Assembly (NCBI GenBank): GCA_964187785.1
Contig: OZ076415.1
Coordinates: forward strand, 24,676,001-24,740,000
Direction of reading: 5' to 3'
Length of the DNA: 64,000 bases
DNA from: Amphiscolops sp. MND2022
Lineage: Eukaryota
The translations under genes and the position numbers were made by a program. How positions within the stretch are numbered: the stretch's first letter is position 1; every line of letters starts with the position of its first letter. Of the stretch, positions 20,401 to 33,758 are shown in pieces. The notes beneath the pieces are model-generated. The model did not search any database, had not been told where the DNA came from, and was given only the letters and a program-made list of their open reading frames with translations.

Positions 20401-21325
20401 AATTTCAACGGTTCTCAAATTGACCTTTCATGCCGCAATAGTTACAATGTGTTTCAGATGCCTAGCAAACTCTCAAATGTGCTGCCGTAAAATTTCCTGC
20501 TACATATCTCCAGCTATCTTTTTCGTTTCTTTGGCCAGGGACCATTTTCTTCTTTTACTTTCTTTACCTTCACGGATGTGCTAGACTGGCCAAAAGCCTA
20601 TTGGCTTCTTAAGCCTCTCTCAAATGCTATAGTGTACTGAAGTGCCTTCGCTGGATCTTCTTTTGGTTTAGTGCAAAGCTTCTCTTCCTCCTGCTTATTT
20701 GACATATTTAGAATGAATATGTCGTACACTGAGCTTTACGTTTGTTCTCCGAAGTCGTCTTCGCGGCTAGACCGTTTAGAATGTTCCAAAACTGCTGAAG
20801 TGATTGTTGTTTGCTTGAGACGGAAGCATGTCTGGCGAAAGTGAGATTTTTCTTACCCCGAAACACGATCTGCATCTCCCCAGCATTTCGGCATGCTCAA
20901 TTACAACGATGTTTTTGTGCGGGTTTTCGTCAGTTATCATCTTTTGCTAGTTTTCCGAATGGAAAATGAAGTAAACTTACTACTTTCGTTGTAGCCGTAG
21001 AGACTGTGAAGTTTCCTAATAAGGCACGAACTGAAGGATTTTGTTCAGTTGGAGTTTTTATTATCTCCGAAACCGAAATTGAATATCTGGCCAATACTGC
21101 CTGTTCAAATGATTCGGGCCAATTATTCCATTCTGTTGCAGGGGGTTTTCCACATCCTGGCGAAAGTACGAAAGTTCCAGAAGAGGAGATGAAGGTGAGT
21201 CGTAAGAGTCATTGACATCGCAGCGCCATGTTGATGTTATTCTCAGACTTGGCTAAGGACTTAGAAATGGCAAAAGAGTGTGAATTGGCGTAATTGTCTT
21301 TTAAGGCGTGAACTGCTAATGTATC
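17420..21325 (-). mobile_element. Decayed Ty3/Gypsy copy: gag, protease, RT, integrase core and 3' region; RNase H and integrase zinc finger deleted
   Basis: Gag-like remnant ~20600-21300. Protease-like TGSTVIIF ~20180. RT VKKDRSVKIAL...DLKYAY...GLTVMPTEFQ...FIDDIL (19172-19639). Integrase RPTTKKVIE...IRTDPGTVF (18654-18800). Boundaries are approximate. Confidence 0.75.
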
Positions 21326-21940
21326 TTTTTCAGTCGGCGCTTCATGAAGTGAAACGCGACTTTTATAGCGACTCTTTTTTTTCTATCCACAGGAACTGAC
21401 CAAAATAGTTCTTAAAAGTTCTACAAAATAATATTGCACCAAATTGCACTATTTGACCTAGCGAACTGAACCAAAAAGGTTTTCCCTGTTTTTCTGCGTA
21501 ACCTACCATACCGGGCGAGACCAAAGGGTCCCACCTTTCATTTTTTTTCGGAACTGCGAGACTTTTTTTCGAAAAAAATTTTCCCAAAGGGTCCCCCTTG
21601 CGTTTTTTTGATGTTTTGCGACAGAATGGATGTTGAAAAATCCCAAAGGGTCCCCCTTTCAGTTTTTTTCGGCATTGTGAGATTTTTCCCGAAAAAAAAG
21701 TTTTTGTTTTCTTCAATTTTTTCATGTTTTGCGACAGAATGGATGTTGAAAATCCTCAAAGTGTCCCCCCTTTCAGTTTTTCGGCATTGTGAGACTTTAG
21801 CGCGCCACTCGGTCTTTTTTTGAGTATGTAAATTTCGATTTTCGAGTACTGTAAAAGAGAATACTTGACACTTGGAAGTCTTTTTACTTTTTTTGAGCCT
21901 TGGATGTGGCGCCGACTTGGGCCGTTCCCGGCTTGTTTTT
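21326..21940 (+). mobile_element. Non-autonomous Helentron/HINE-like element (abundant dispersed repeat)
   Basis: TTTTT plus subterminal IR AGTCGGCGC (21332-21340), internal sub-repeats, IR GCGCCGACT (21909-21917), hairpin GCCG-TTCC-CGGC (21921-21932), then TTGTTTTT. Related copies occur at 30605, 55865, 6270, 24190 and 42167. Confidence 0.6.
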
Positions 21941-22133
21941 AACAATTCTGCGATAGCTTGTACTTTTGTAAATTACATAATGCGTTGACTAATATTTAAG
22001 TCATGTCAATTTACAACTCTACCACAGGGGACCTCTAGGAGACTTCAAAAAATTTTCGGAAAAAAAACTAAGATTCGGTAATCATAAGATCAAATCTAAT
22101 AGGATAGATTAAAAGCGACGTTTTATGGAACGT

Positions 22134-22236
22134 AATTACCGTCGACGAAATATCTGACGACGAAATTTCTTACGTCAGAATTTCTGACGATGAAATTTCT
22201 GACGACAAAATTTCCGACGACGAAATTTCGGGTAAT
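22134..22236. repeat. Short array of about five 15-bp units (TTTCTGACGACGAAA) bounded by short inverted ends; mini-MITE-like
   Basis: Units start at 22151, 22166, 22181, 22196 and 22211. The ends are ATTACCG and CGGGTAAT. Confidence 0.65.
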
Positions 22237-23997
22237 CATAACACGAATACCTGATTCCAAATACTTCATCATAGTTGGCCGAGAAATTGAATTGAGCTTC
22301 GTGGTTTCGCGTTTTCGCGTCTACGATTACTATCATTCATTTGTATTGATCCTCGCTACCTTAAAATGAAAATCAAAATTCGTTGGCCGAAAGAAGTATA
22401 ATTACATTAGAACAAAAAATAAATAATTTTATTGTACTCAACCCAAGATGAGTCTATTTCATTGTCGATACATATCTTTAAATACAATATACCTTTTTAC
22501 ATCTCTGAGGTCAATTATTCAATGATAGGAGATAGCTCAAATGTGAACAAATAAATCTTGATCCTATTTCCAGGCTAACCTGTAATAGAACATCGTGTTT
22601 TGTAACACTGTCAATTTCATGCACATTCATGTCAAAACATGCTGCGATGCTTTCGATTGTGGAAATTTGCATACTCTCTTAAAAGTCAGCCTCAAAGAAT
22701 TTTCGAACAAAAAGCATGATTTATTCTTCTTCAAGTTGCATCATAACTTCCATAACCCCCGTAATTGAATACAGGTCAGTTGTCGCTCGTTTTCCATCCA
22801 AAATCAGTCAAGTCCGATTCATTACCATTCTTTTTACATTGCAAACTTACATACAATTGCGCAATTTTTGGACAAATATATCCACGCCGCACATCTATGT
22901 CGCAATCACGGATGTAATAACTTCTTTGAAGACGGGTTAATTTTCATTAGGGCGTTATTTGATTTTTTCTCACCCAGCTAATATGCAAAGCAACTACGGG
23001 ATTGTCTTTCATTGCAAATCTTTTGCCAGGAAACGCAGAGAGGCAAAGGGCAATCAAAAAAACAAACAAAAAAACTTTGAAATTATTTCTGCAATTACTT
23101 TCCACGAAATTTTAACTCCCTCCCCCAAAAAAATTGGAACGTTTACATTCGCAGCCTGTATTTTCGCGCCGTTATCCTGGGGGATGTTTTTTGATGTTTA
23201 TCAACTTTCGCGACAAACAAAGAGTTCTACCAACAAATTGTGCTTTGCGTGCCAATTTGCGAACCGCCAACGTCGGTTAATTATTGGTCTACTTCCATCC
23301 TATTTCTTGTAATCTTCCTCTACTTACTTTGAAAACCAATTAAACTCCACATACACGTTAGCTCATTACATTTTCAGTATATTTTCTTTTCACAGTGCAG
23401 TTTTCAGGGCTTGATAATGATTGGGGCAACAGATTTAAAAAATGAAAGCAAAAAAAACATTCACTAACGTCTGGATTGAATGGTAATTTCACTCCATATG
23501 TTCCCTCCTGAACTGTTTTTGTCCGTGCTTGTTGAAAGAGAAAGTTTCCGACTCTTAAAATGGCAAGTTTGGCTCCGAAAGGGGACCTCACTACGCGTTT
23601 TTCGGCACTTTGCGACTTTTTGTGACTTGAAAAAATTCTATAAAAGTGAATGTTTCTTTGAAATTTTTTCCAAATCATTTTTTTTGACATTTTGAGTAAA
23701 GTAAAAGCACTTTTAAGCACAAAAGTTTCTGACATTGCGGGGTTTTTCAGAACTTTCATGAAAAAGCCCTTGAGCATGTCTGCACAGTGTAAGACTGCGC
23801 TTTTTGATGGCGCATCGACTTGAGACGTTCCGATCTTGCTGTTTACATTTTATTTTACGTTTTAATCGAACAGACAAAGTATCGATGAACGCATGAATTT
23901 CAATGTTTCTTGAACCACCCGGTGCCAGACCCCATGTAACTCCATGCATGCCCAAGCAAGGTCGATGAGAACCCATGCATGGTTATGTCAATTAATA

Positions 23998-24472
23998 CCC
24001 ATGTTGAGCGTTCCTTGAGAATCTGTACAGATCTGTGAGCCTTTTTCCTTGAGGATCTTTAAATCTTTTATCTGGAATTGCTGATATCCGTTTTGCGTTA
24101 AATCCTATATGGGTTGTGTTATTCTCAAAGGGGACTCCTTTACAGCACAAATGTAGTATGTAGATAGCCAAAGGGACTTTGTCAAATTTGAACTAGAACT
24201 TTTGGTAGAACTATTTGGACAATTTAGATGTATCAAAAAACTGACGAAAAGTCATGACTATATTTGATTCTTTTCTGAAGAAAAGCGCCGACTAAATACG
24301 GCAGATGTGAGTTAACAACCAGCGGTTAGCGAAAACATCAATCAGCTAATAAAGAACAGGTACATCAGGTACATTGGAGAAACAACCACCATAGACTAAT
24401 TGCCTTATAACCCATGGTGAGCTTTCCTTGAGAATCTGTAAAGATCTGTGAGCCAATTTTCCTTGAGGATCT
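23998..24472. repeat. Pair of ~63-bp imperfect direct repeats (23998-24060 and 24411-24472)
   Basis: CCCATG.TGAGC.TTCCTTGAGAATCTGTA.AGATCTGTGAGCC..TTTCCTTGAGGATCT occurs twice. Confidence 0.7.
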
Positions 24473-27152
24473 GTAAAGATCGTGCCACTGCTATGTGAGG
24501 ACAACTGCAGATCTGCAAGGATCTTTACAGATGTTCAGAGACTTTCTGTACAGATTTTTTTAGGAAATTTTATTCCGGAGATTCCGGGAAACAAAGTATT
24601 GAATTTTTGGCTTTTTCAACAAGTATTTTTGCTGACCAAGGATCAGTCAGTTTAAACTCTCTATCACTCAAAATTCTTGACCAGGAAAGCTTGTCCCCAT
24701 ACCGGTAACTTTGGTGTCAGGTTTAAATATTTCATTTAAACCGTTGTAATTTAAAGTCTAATTTTATAATCAATGATATAATTTAGTTGCAGAGGACATG
24801 GAGTCAGTAGCACAAACCATAAAACATTGGACTGGCATCACAATTTCGATGTCAGGTTAAACCATTATAAACTCAATTTGGGCTTCGTTATTTAGTTACC
24901 GGGAGATATTTGCACAATGAATTAGATACAGTCTAAAAAGCATCACTAGGACATCTAGTGTTAGAAGACTCTTAGTTCCGTTAAAAACTTTGCAGTCGCT
25001 TCTTTATCGTCCGACCAAAGGGATGCAATTATGATGGCACATTTTTCTAGTGACTAGGGTTGCTGTTCTAGAAAAAGTTCACACCAGGGAAGGAGACACC
25101 TTTGAAAAATAAAAAAAATGCATTCGAATAAAGCGTGCTCGAAGCTTTCGTCTTTATCTCTGATCATCATTCTCTGCTTTCATGAAGAACTGCAATTCAT
25201 ATGAAACCACCTAAAAATCGACATGTTGAGAAATTAATTGCTTCGAATTGAAGTAACTGTCATACGGTGTCTATACCGAACCGATTTATTCGGAAACTCT
25301 GCCTTATCAAACTTTGATAGAAAGATACCTAACAGAACTAGCTCATTTCAAATGACATTTATGTTTCATATTAAAATCCATATTTGTAAACATAACTTTT
25401 GTTTTCGTATCATCACAGCATGATTTGATACGATTGTTTAGCTAGAGTATAGATTAGTAGGCAGTACAATTAACAAAATACCTCCTAAATCTCTTAAAAG
25501 GTACATCTTGACAAAATACTTGTTTTCTTATTGTTACCAAGAAATAGAACAGTAACCTGCATAAATTGGGTGATAATCTTTAACTAAAACGAGTTTTTCA
25601 ATAGGCTTGCTCAAGAATATACGTTGACTTGGTGTTGCGTAGGACTATGTCAGTCTCTAACTTTTGGTTCAAATTTATCTCCAGATATATTTGTCGAGCA
25701 TCAATTCAAACTGTCTTCACAAATTCCACTGTCTTGTCTCTCAAACTTTACCAGGGTGGCGCCGATTTGGACGGTTTCACGTCTTGATCTCAGTAAGCAT
25801 AAAACAAAAGTAAAAACTTGCGTTTCTCTTTCAAAAACTTCTCATTCAATTTCTATGGTATTTATTCTCTCAATTACTTCAATGTCGGCAGAGTTTAAAT
25901 ACCCTTATTTTGACCAATTTTCGGAATCAGCATATCCATGATAATTTAGAGCATTTGATGATGATTCGTGTTTTGATTGCTGGTTTTTCAAAAGCAAAGT
26001 TGAGTTACCTCTTTCTACCAAAAATTCAGCTTGCTTCGAGAATGGCTCTTGAAGATAAAAGTTCGTTGCATTGAGGAGAAGATTTCAAAGCGTGTAGTGA
26101 AAAAGTTAATCTAAGAAAGGAAGTCTTCCACTACATGAATGACATTTTCCCATCTCGGCAAGAGACCGAAAAGTGTGAACAGAGTGCTGGTCACGCGTGA
26201 ACTGGTTGTTCACGCATTTTGACTGTTGCTAAGATAGCTGATAATGAAGTTCCAGCTAGTAACAAACTGGGGTGTTACTTTCCGCCATAATTAGATAAAA
26301 ACTGTGAACACTTTCACATCGAAGCACCTCGTGCTTCAATGAACTTTTTCAACAAATGTCAAAATTCAAACTACCCCAAGAGACTATCCCGGACCTTTAA
26401 TCTATTCCCGCTGACAGAACAGTCTTAGCATTACTCACAAAATATCTGTGTGGTATTCTCCATCCAGTGGAAGTTCTTACCGCCAAATCCAGGTAATGAC
26501 GTTTGAATTAGCTGATTGTTTTCACTATTTTGAACATTTTTATGTTTTGTTTAGCTTTCCAAGGTTTTTCCAAGTTTTAATAACATGCTGATTTTACATA
26601 GAGCTCCAAAAACTAATGGTTTTTTAATAGTCTCCCCTCTGGTGAGATTTGACACCCGGCGCGTGAAAAAACAGACGCACCCACTGCTTGAACACGCAAA
26701 AACTAGACCGTCAAAGTTAGTTTTATTTGTCTGCTAAGATTCAAATAGAATAAAGTGTTATAACTATGATAAGGGACACCTGTGAAAGCTGAAAGTTTTT
26801 ATCGAATTTACAGCGCCAAAAAGTATCTGAACCCCTAAGACTCAAAAACTACTTTTTAAGTCAAGTAAAAAGTGGAAAATTCAATTCCCGAAAAACACGG
26901 GATCCGCATTTGGCCCATTTTTGACTTCTACCATCTACCCTTTTGATACCATCTACCCGAAGCAAGCTTCATTACTATAGTCGCAGCCATGACGTCAATT
27001 GATGGTGGACTTGAAGGTGTGAATTTCGCTCTAGGCCTGAGTGCCCGATGCTGTCTTTTCACGTTTTCTCTACCAATTGGTCGTTTTCCAAGACCATACC
27101 ACTAAGCTATGATTTTGAAGCTTGCTCGAAGTCCATTTTTGCTCCTTTCAGA

Positions 27153-27214
27153 AGGATTCAATCCTGATTCCGCCCTAACACAGGCCTAACGCCGTAACCA
27201 CTACACCATAGTCC
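27153..27214 (-). pseudogene. tRNA-derived SINE-like head
   Basis: A-box TGGTGTAGTGG and degenerate B-box GGATTGAATCC at tRNA-like spacing. No intact cloverleaf. Confidence 0.45.
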
Positions 27215-29599
27215 TCTATAACAGAAAATTTTGGTTTCTTCTACACAATTTTTTTGGAAAAAGGCGACCTTTTCAAATGCTGAAGTACAAGACGTAGCTG
27301 ATAGCTTTGTTTTTCAATTTTAAAAATCTCCTCATCTCAAGTTCGCTGCCTGCCGAGGATTAAACATCTTGTTTTTGTTTCTGTCGCAGAATGCTTGTTT
27401 CTTTTTTTGTCAATAAGGCTATTTTTGTGTTTTTAGTGTATTATCTAAATCTCTCTAATCATATTGTAAGTTTTAAAACCAATTTCCAGTCACATTTTTG
27501 GCTCAAAGAGAGTAACGGGAGCTTCTCGGTCGTTTTCAGTGAGCCATGTAAAGTAATCGGCTAGTTTCATAAAGATCTGCCGACTGTGCCTTGTTGTGTT
27601 GCTGGAATAAAACGAATATACCCTTGAAACTGATTCGTTTCTCTCTAGTCAGTAAAACTGAGAACAAAATCAAAGTAGGCTACCATCCAGTTAATGTGGC
27701 ACAACTGGAAAATTTAAGTATGACAACAACTGCTGGTGCTTAACTGTCGTCCGAATACTCGATTGGGTTCAGTGCCACCCAAAACGATTTATCAAGCCAT
27801 GGCTTCGATGCATCGACCGATTGACTGGCGGAATACCGTCTCTTTTTTGCGGCAAACGAATAAACTTTTGAAATACTACACTATAAGTAGTTGAGCTGCA
27901 GCCAATCGCTGAGAATAGGGTTAAAGTGAAATGGCTAAATCAACTCTATTTGCGATTTCACTTGAGTTGGTCAAATCGTTTTCTGGAGATTAGATACCTG
28001 CTCTACAGGTATCTGAACAGTACTGAGAGTATTCAGTCAAATATTTCACTTGGTTCTTCAAAATTTCCTTGTGGAAACTGAGTCGAAGGTACTCATAAAT
28101 TCTTGCTCACAAATTATCGCTATGCGTAACAAGAATTATTTTAAATTGTAAACGCAAAGGAAAGTTTGGTTTTCTTGATATGTGAACTTTGCATGTCTTC
28201 ACATGTGGATGGTTTTCAAAATATATACTTGAGAAAGTATTGACAAACATTTGACATTCACTGCTTTGAGCCAGAATCGGATTCGGATCGATAGGCGTTC
28301 CTCATCAAATTACTGCCGATGTCAAAACGTGTCACGCATTATGAAAAACCTCCGGAAAAATTTCCACTTACATTTGGTTCATCCATTAATTCTGTCCAAT
28401 TCAATTCAACAGGTGCTTTGAGGCATTTGAATTAACACTCTGTTGAGCTCTTTAGAGAAAAAATCTCAAAATTTATTGTATATTTTCGTATATGCTTCAC
28501 TGGTGATTGTCTTAGAATACAGCCTTAGAGAAAAAAAAGATTTATAAAAAACAAGTTCGTTAATTTTAGTCTTTTAAAAACTCTATCTGAAATTACTTCG
28601 AATAATAAATCTGAATTCGGGTTTTTTGTTTTAATTCAAGTTTAATTTCACTGAAAATGAGCCAATTTGTTTTATTTGATTTCGTAAAGTGAGACATCGT
28701 CACTAATTCCATAGTTGTCAGTTGAAACACTTTGTCACAAAACGTTACTGCTTTTTCAAAAAAATTTTCTTGACTTCGCTTGTGTCAATTTCTTTTCAAT
28801 TAAATTCATGAAATACGCATCTGGAGAAAATTGTAGGACTACAAATGCCATTGTTTTACATTTAAACTTACCGTTACCATTTGTTTATTACTTATTCTCT
28901 TCTCCAAATTATCAATATTTGACAGGTTTTCTGATTTAAAAAAAGGAGAGATTCTTTTGACTTTATTATAGTTTAAAATGGTTACCAGGAAAAGAGCAAC
29001 TCAGACAAATGAGCCACAGACAAAAGCGTCTTAATTTAACACGTTTCCAGGTTTAATTGCTCACTTACTGATTTCGTTTCAAGAATTGTCTTGGTCCAAT
29101 GCTTCGTTTTCGAGGCGTAATTACGTACTAAAATGTTTTGAATTAAAAGACTAATTTTATTCGGTCACTTCAAAACCAATGCTAACAAGACTGGTGGATA
29201 GCTCAGTGGTCAAAATTTTAGTTGTTCACGATTATTCATCGTAACTACATGGAAAATTCCAAGAAAAAGTCCACATGTGATGCCCCGGAAAAGTTGAACG
29301 GAACAGCCGGTTCCAACTCAACGGAAACAGTTTACTGAGCTGCCAAAATAACGTCACGGTACTTGGAGTTTTCTTCAGTCAATGCTTCTCTTGTCATAGT
29401 TTCAGCACAGTATAGTTCATCTTCTATTTTTTTTTGGACTGGGACTAATGACAATTCTCACTCACATTCAAATCTCATTGGCAACGTTAATTCTACCCGG
29501 CAATTTCATTCGGCCACTTCCATAGCTACGTTACATATTTGAGTTTCTTGCTTTTCGGGTAAAAACAACCCCAGTGAGTTATTTCTTGGTGTTTATTGC

Positions 29600-30330
29600 T
29601 GTCCAGGACAATGATTTCCCTTTGGCTGGTACTTACAGTGATTTTCACAACAGGTATTTCAAAGTACTTCAGAAGAGTGTGAGTGTGATGATCCTTCTTC
29701 TCTGAGTCCTCATTTGAAACTATTGTTACATTTAGATCTAATTGCTTTCGGTATAACGGTTTAGCAGGATGTCTCAAATTCTTCATTTCGGAAACTTTAA
29801 GAGGACAATCCTCATTTTCTGAATCGGAATTTTCATGCTTTGATGCGTGACCTCCTTTAGAGTTATCGTTTTTAGATCCCGACGGCTGTGTATCTTGGGT
29901 ATTTTTGTTTATGACCATAGATTTCGTAACTGTGGATGGACTTTTGTTGGTCCTAATCTCTTTCAGAATCGACTAAAATTTGTTTTCCATTTCGTTTCTC
30001 ATTTTAATTATCATTTTTTTCTATCATTTTTCTATCGTTGTTCTATCATATTTCTATCATTATGCTTTTGTTCAACCATTTGCGTCCATACTTGGATTTC
30101 GTTGCTACTTTGACTGAGTTCAGGTAATTGCGTTTCCAGGATATTTTCTACCAAAGTTTCTCGTACCCTAACATTAGAATTAGTTAAAAGTCGTATTATC
30201 TGAATTAGTGGTTTCAACTTCAGCATCTCTTGCTTCTCTCCCAGGAAAGGGTGTTTCTATTTTTCTAGAATGTCAAGTTCGTCAATTTCCCATCTTTCTC
30301 GGGTAAAAAAAAACAAAGTTTTGTTGTAGA
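29600..30330 (-). pseudogene. Decayed ORF remnant, probably TE-derived; product not identified
   Basis: Protein-like fragments in ORFs 30032-30226 and 29526-29918 (TQLPELSQ...QVWTQMVEQK; SDSENEDCPLK..MKNLRHPAKPLYR) are broken by stops and frameshifts. Confidence 0.3.
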
Positions 30331-30604
30331 AGAAATAGCCGAGTGTCTATGTAGGTATTTAGTAGAAACAATATTCAATTGGAGGACAGAACGGTTGGGA
30401 AAGGTTTACAAAAAAACTACTGGGTAAAAAAGTCTCTTTACAAAGTGACTCCACTTGATGGAAGTTAATTCGCAAAAGAATTCAATTCTAAACTGCGTTT
30501 TTGGTACAAAAAAGAACATAATGACACTCCTTTGTAAGGGAGTCACATTCCTGGAATTATATAAATATTGTTACGTCAAAATAACGTAATTCTGTGTATA
30601 GTAT

Positions 30605-31110
30605 AACAAGACGGGAACGTCTAAAGGTGGGGCTATATCAAAGGCTCAAAAAGCGCAAAACATTTTTTTGAAAAAAACTTGAAATTTTTGAATTTTTTTG
30701 GGAAATGTCGCATAGTGCCTAAAAATGTAAAAGTGGGACTCTTTGGGATTCATTACCATATAGTCTGTTGCAAAATATCAAAAAACTTGAAAGGGGGACT
30801 CTTTTGAGACATTAAAAAGATTTCGAAAAAAAAGTCGCACGATGTCGAAAAAAAATCGAAAGGGCGGACCCTTTAGTCTCGTCCGGTTTTGTAGGTTACG
30901 TTTAAAAAGTAAAGAATGAAAGGGGGACCCTTTTGCACTAATTTCCGCTGACCGGACTTGGGCTTATGGTCCTAGTAGTTTTCGTAGTTCCAATTGTAAG
31001 AAAAGTAAACCAATCAAAGTGAGATTGTAGTCTGACGAAAAAAAAAGAAAGAAACACTAGCCACTGTAATAGTCAGGCTCTTTTCACTAGGAAATCGCCG
31101 ACTAAAAAAA
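30605..31110 (-). mobile_element. Helentron/HINE-like element, opposite orientation to 21326-21940
   Basis: AACAA-GACG-GGAA-CGTC hairpin end, CAAGGCTCAAAAA, GGACCCTTTAGTCTC internal blocks, and CGCCGACTAAAAAAA at the other end. Confidence 0.55.
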
Positions 31111-31549
31111 TGGTTACATGACATTCAAAATGGGACTATTTCAACAAATCGGGGGTCTTTTCGAAGTGAAAGAAGTGTTTCGGTATAGGAAACTATGCTT
31201 AATAACGTATATTCATCCCCAAAGAAAGCTGTGGATAACGTATATACCAACACAGATATAGATATGTAGCGTTAAAGGCCAATTTTGTATAATACCGCAT
31301 ATACGTATTCTCAAAGTGCACATCATGACGTATGGAAGAAAAATGCGATTTCGTATATACAATATCTTAAATCTGCATGATGCCGTATGGTGCACAATCG
31401 CATGATGATGTATACGCATCATACTACAATATGCATAATGATGCATATGTCCAGTTCAAGATACGTATAATGACGTATATAAAGATACCCAAAACACGTA
31501 TACTGCAGTATAATGATTCATATGTCGATTTGTTCTGGTTAGTCTGCGT

Positions 31550-32433
31550 TTGCTCAACATAGAGTACGACAACGTTCTTTCTTGTATTACTGATGGAGTC
31601 GCTTACATGACTAAAGCAGTGCAATCCTTACAAGTTTTGATGCCAAAAATGATACTCGTGAACTGTTTGGCTCTGAACTTAAACCGAGTGGACGAAAAAA
31701 TTATGGAAAAATTTCCTGAGCTCATTTCCGTCATATCTCTGGGCAAGCAAGTGTTCATAAAAGCGCCACTACATAGACAATTGTTACTCGAAGTAGGTCT
31801 GACCCTACCTCCAGAAACGATCATTACTCGTTGGGGAACGTGGATACAGGCTACAACATATTACCTAGACAACTACGAAGCTTATTTTGCTGTTATTGAT
31901 AATCTAGATACGGAGTCAACGGCAATTGCTAACCTGAGAGCAGTTCACTCTTCCTCAGCCGATATTATTCAGCAGCAATTGATGGAGTGAGTTTGAAGTA
32001 CTACAGTTTTGTCATGAAGAAGCTCTAGAAAGGCGCAGCTGCACTGCTCAAAAAGCATAGTTTGTTCCGGACGAGTTGCAAAAAGAGTGCGATAAGGACG
32101 TCAACGAGAAATTTGCCTCTGAATTGAGAAAAACAAAGGTTTCAATGTTCTTATTGAAGGCGAATTTGAAGGACTGACGCTGAAAGAACGCCTTCTCATC
32201 AAGAACACCCAAGTTGTTTCGTGTGAGGTTGAGAGAAATTTCAGACAATACCATGTCTTTATGCGATCTAACAGGCTTTCCATGACTGAGGAAAACATAA
32301 TATTTTCATACATTGTATCATAGAACGACTAATAACTGGTTCTGATGTTGCATATATTTTTGCATAAATCATGTTTTTATTGTATTGTTATGGCATAAAA
32401 TACCTTTTTTTATTGCATCAAATGTTGGCCCTA
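31550..32433 (+). pseudogene. 5'-truncated hAT-superfamily (DUF659/CGGBP-like) transposase remnant with probable right end
   Basis: ITDGVAYMTKA...NCLA..LNRV...FIKAP...LPPETIITRWGTWIQA..YY, then in another frame the dimerization-like VVSCEVERNF...NRLSMTEENI. The sequence ends GGCCCTA at 32427-32433. Confidence 0.8.
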
Positions 32434-33022
32434 ATAATGAGCACATCAAGATGTATTTAGACGCTTATTCATCATGCCTCGACTTGTAGAGTGATGCATA
32501 GTAAGTTGTAGAAATGGTTTTTGTGTTCCAAAAATGTTTATAACCAGCAATTATGAATGGCAATTTTGAATGGAAGTGGACACGTACAAATGACCAAACA
32601 TCACTAAAAGTATAGTAAAACATATCCTAGAATATATTCACGGACACAAAATTACATGACTTTAATTAGATCCAAAAGAAGCAGTTTGTAAAGTTAACAA
32701 GACGCCCGATAAGCACCGTGATAGTTTCCGCTACTAGAATAGTCAAGTTTTTAAAATAGTCAAGTAATTATCAGAATGATACGAAAGCTAGTGTTACTGG
32801 TCAAGTGAGGTGAAACTGGGAGGAAATTTGGAAGATTTTGAAAAAAAAACGCATCATCACAGATCATGATTTTCCTCCCCCATTTATGTGGGCGGAAAAT
32901 AATAATGTTTCGATGACTTGGGTTTGCTGCCATTTGCTTTCTTAAGACCGATCCACGGGTCGAGCGCAATAGTGCGGTTGCGACAGTGAGTTTGATACCT
33001 TTGGTAATATCCGGCTGGGTGA

Positions 33023-33069
33023 GTTGCCATTTCACTATGTTGCCATTTCACTAGTTGCCATTTCACTAT
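33023..33069. repeat. Three tandem copies of GTTGCCATTTCACTA(T)
   Basis: Read directly from the sequence; typical of subterminal arrays of small DNA transposons. Confidence 0.7.
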
Positions 33070-33558
33070 GTGTGACAATAGCCACTCAAATTTCAGCAAG
33101 ACGCTTCTGGTTGGGTCGCTTTAATGTGTGAAAGTCAGCGTCTTTGTCTGTACACGATTTAAAATAGGTTTTAATCTCACCAGAGTCAATTCATCTTACT
33201 GAAGCCATCAACCGGTGAGTTCCACGATTTAACTTTTTTCGACAAGTTTCGTTAAATAAATTGAGTACTTTGAATTCTTTTGTTCATGCATGTAGCGCGT
33301 ATTATTTTCCTTCCCAAATTATGATTCTGTATTAGTGTAGAGATTTGAATTGAGTTCCAAAGCCAAATTTTCATTCAACAGCTCATAAATGAGACAATAA
33401 ATATATAAATTTGTTTAAGAAGTATCTAAAAATTGAAAATGCCAAGGCGTTGGGGCCTCCACATTTTGCCGAAAAACTTTTACATTTATCAAAACTTGTA
33501 CTATTCCGGCTTTTAATGTAAAAAATGAAGAAAAACTTAAGGTTTTGATTCAAGCTGG

Positions 33559-33758
33559 NNNNNNNNNNNNNNNNNNNNNNNNNNNNNNNNNNNNNNNNNN
33601 NNNNNNNNNNNNNNNNNNNNNNNNNNNNNNNNNNNNNNNNNNNNNNNNNNNNNNNNNNNNNNNNNNNNNNNNNNNNNNNNNNNNNNNNNNNNNNNNNNNN
33701 NNNNNNNNNNNNNNNNNNNNNNNNNNNNNNNNNNNNNNNNNNNNNNNNNNNNNNNNNN
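33559..33758. other. Assembly gap (200 N)
   Basis: Run of exactly 200 N. Confidence 1.

Noticed and set aside
21363-21945. ORFs of 71-135 aa in the HINE-like repeat
   Set aside because: Lys/Phe-rich translations of A/T-run sub-repeats with no protein motifs.
22151-22225. CRISPR-like array
   Set aside because: Units are contiguous 15-mers with no unique spacers, in a eukaryotic context with no cas genes.
25620-26520. Possible decayed coding region and small 6-7 bp hairpins around 26200-26340
   Set aside because: Every frame has frequent stops and no motif I recognise; hairpins this short are expected by chance.
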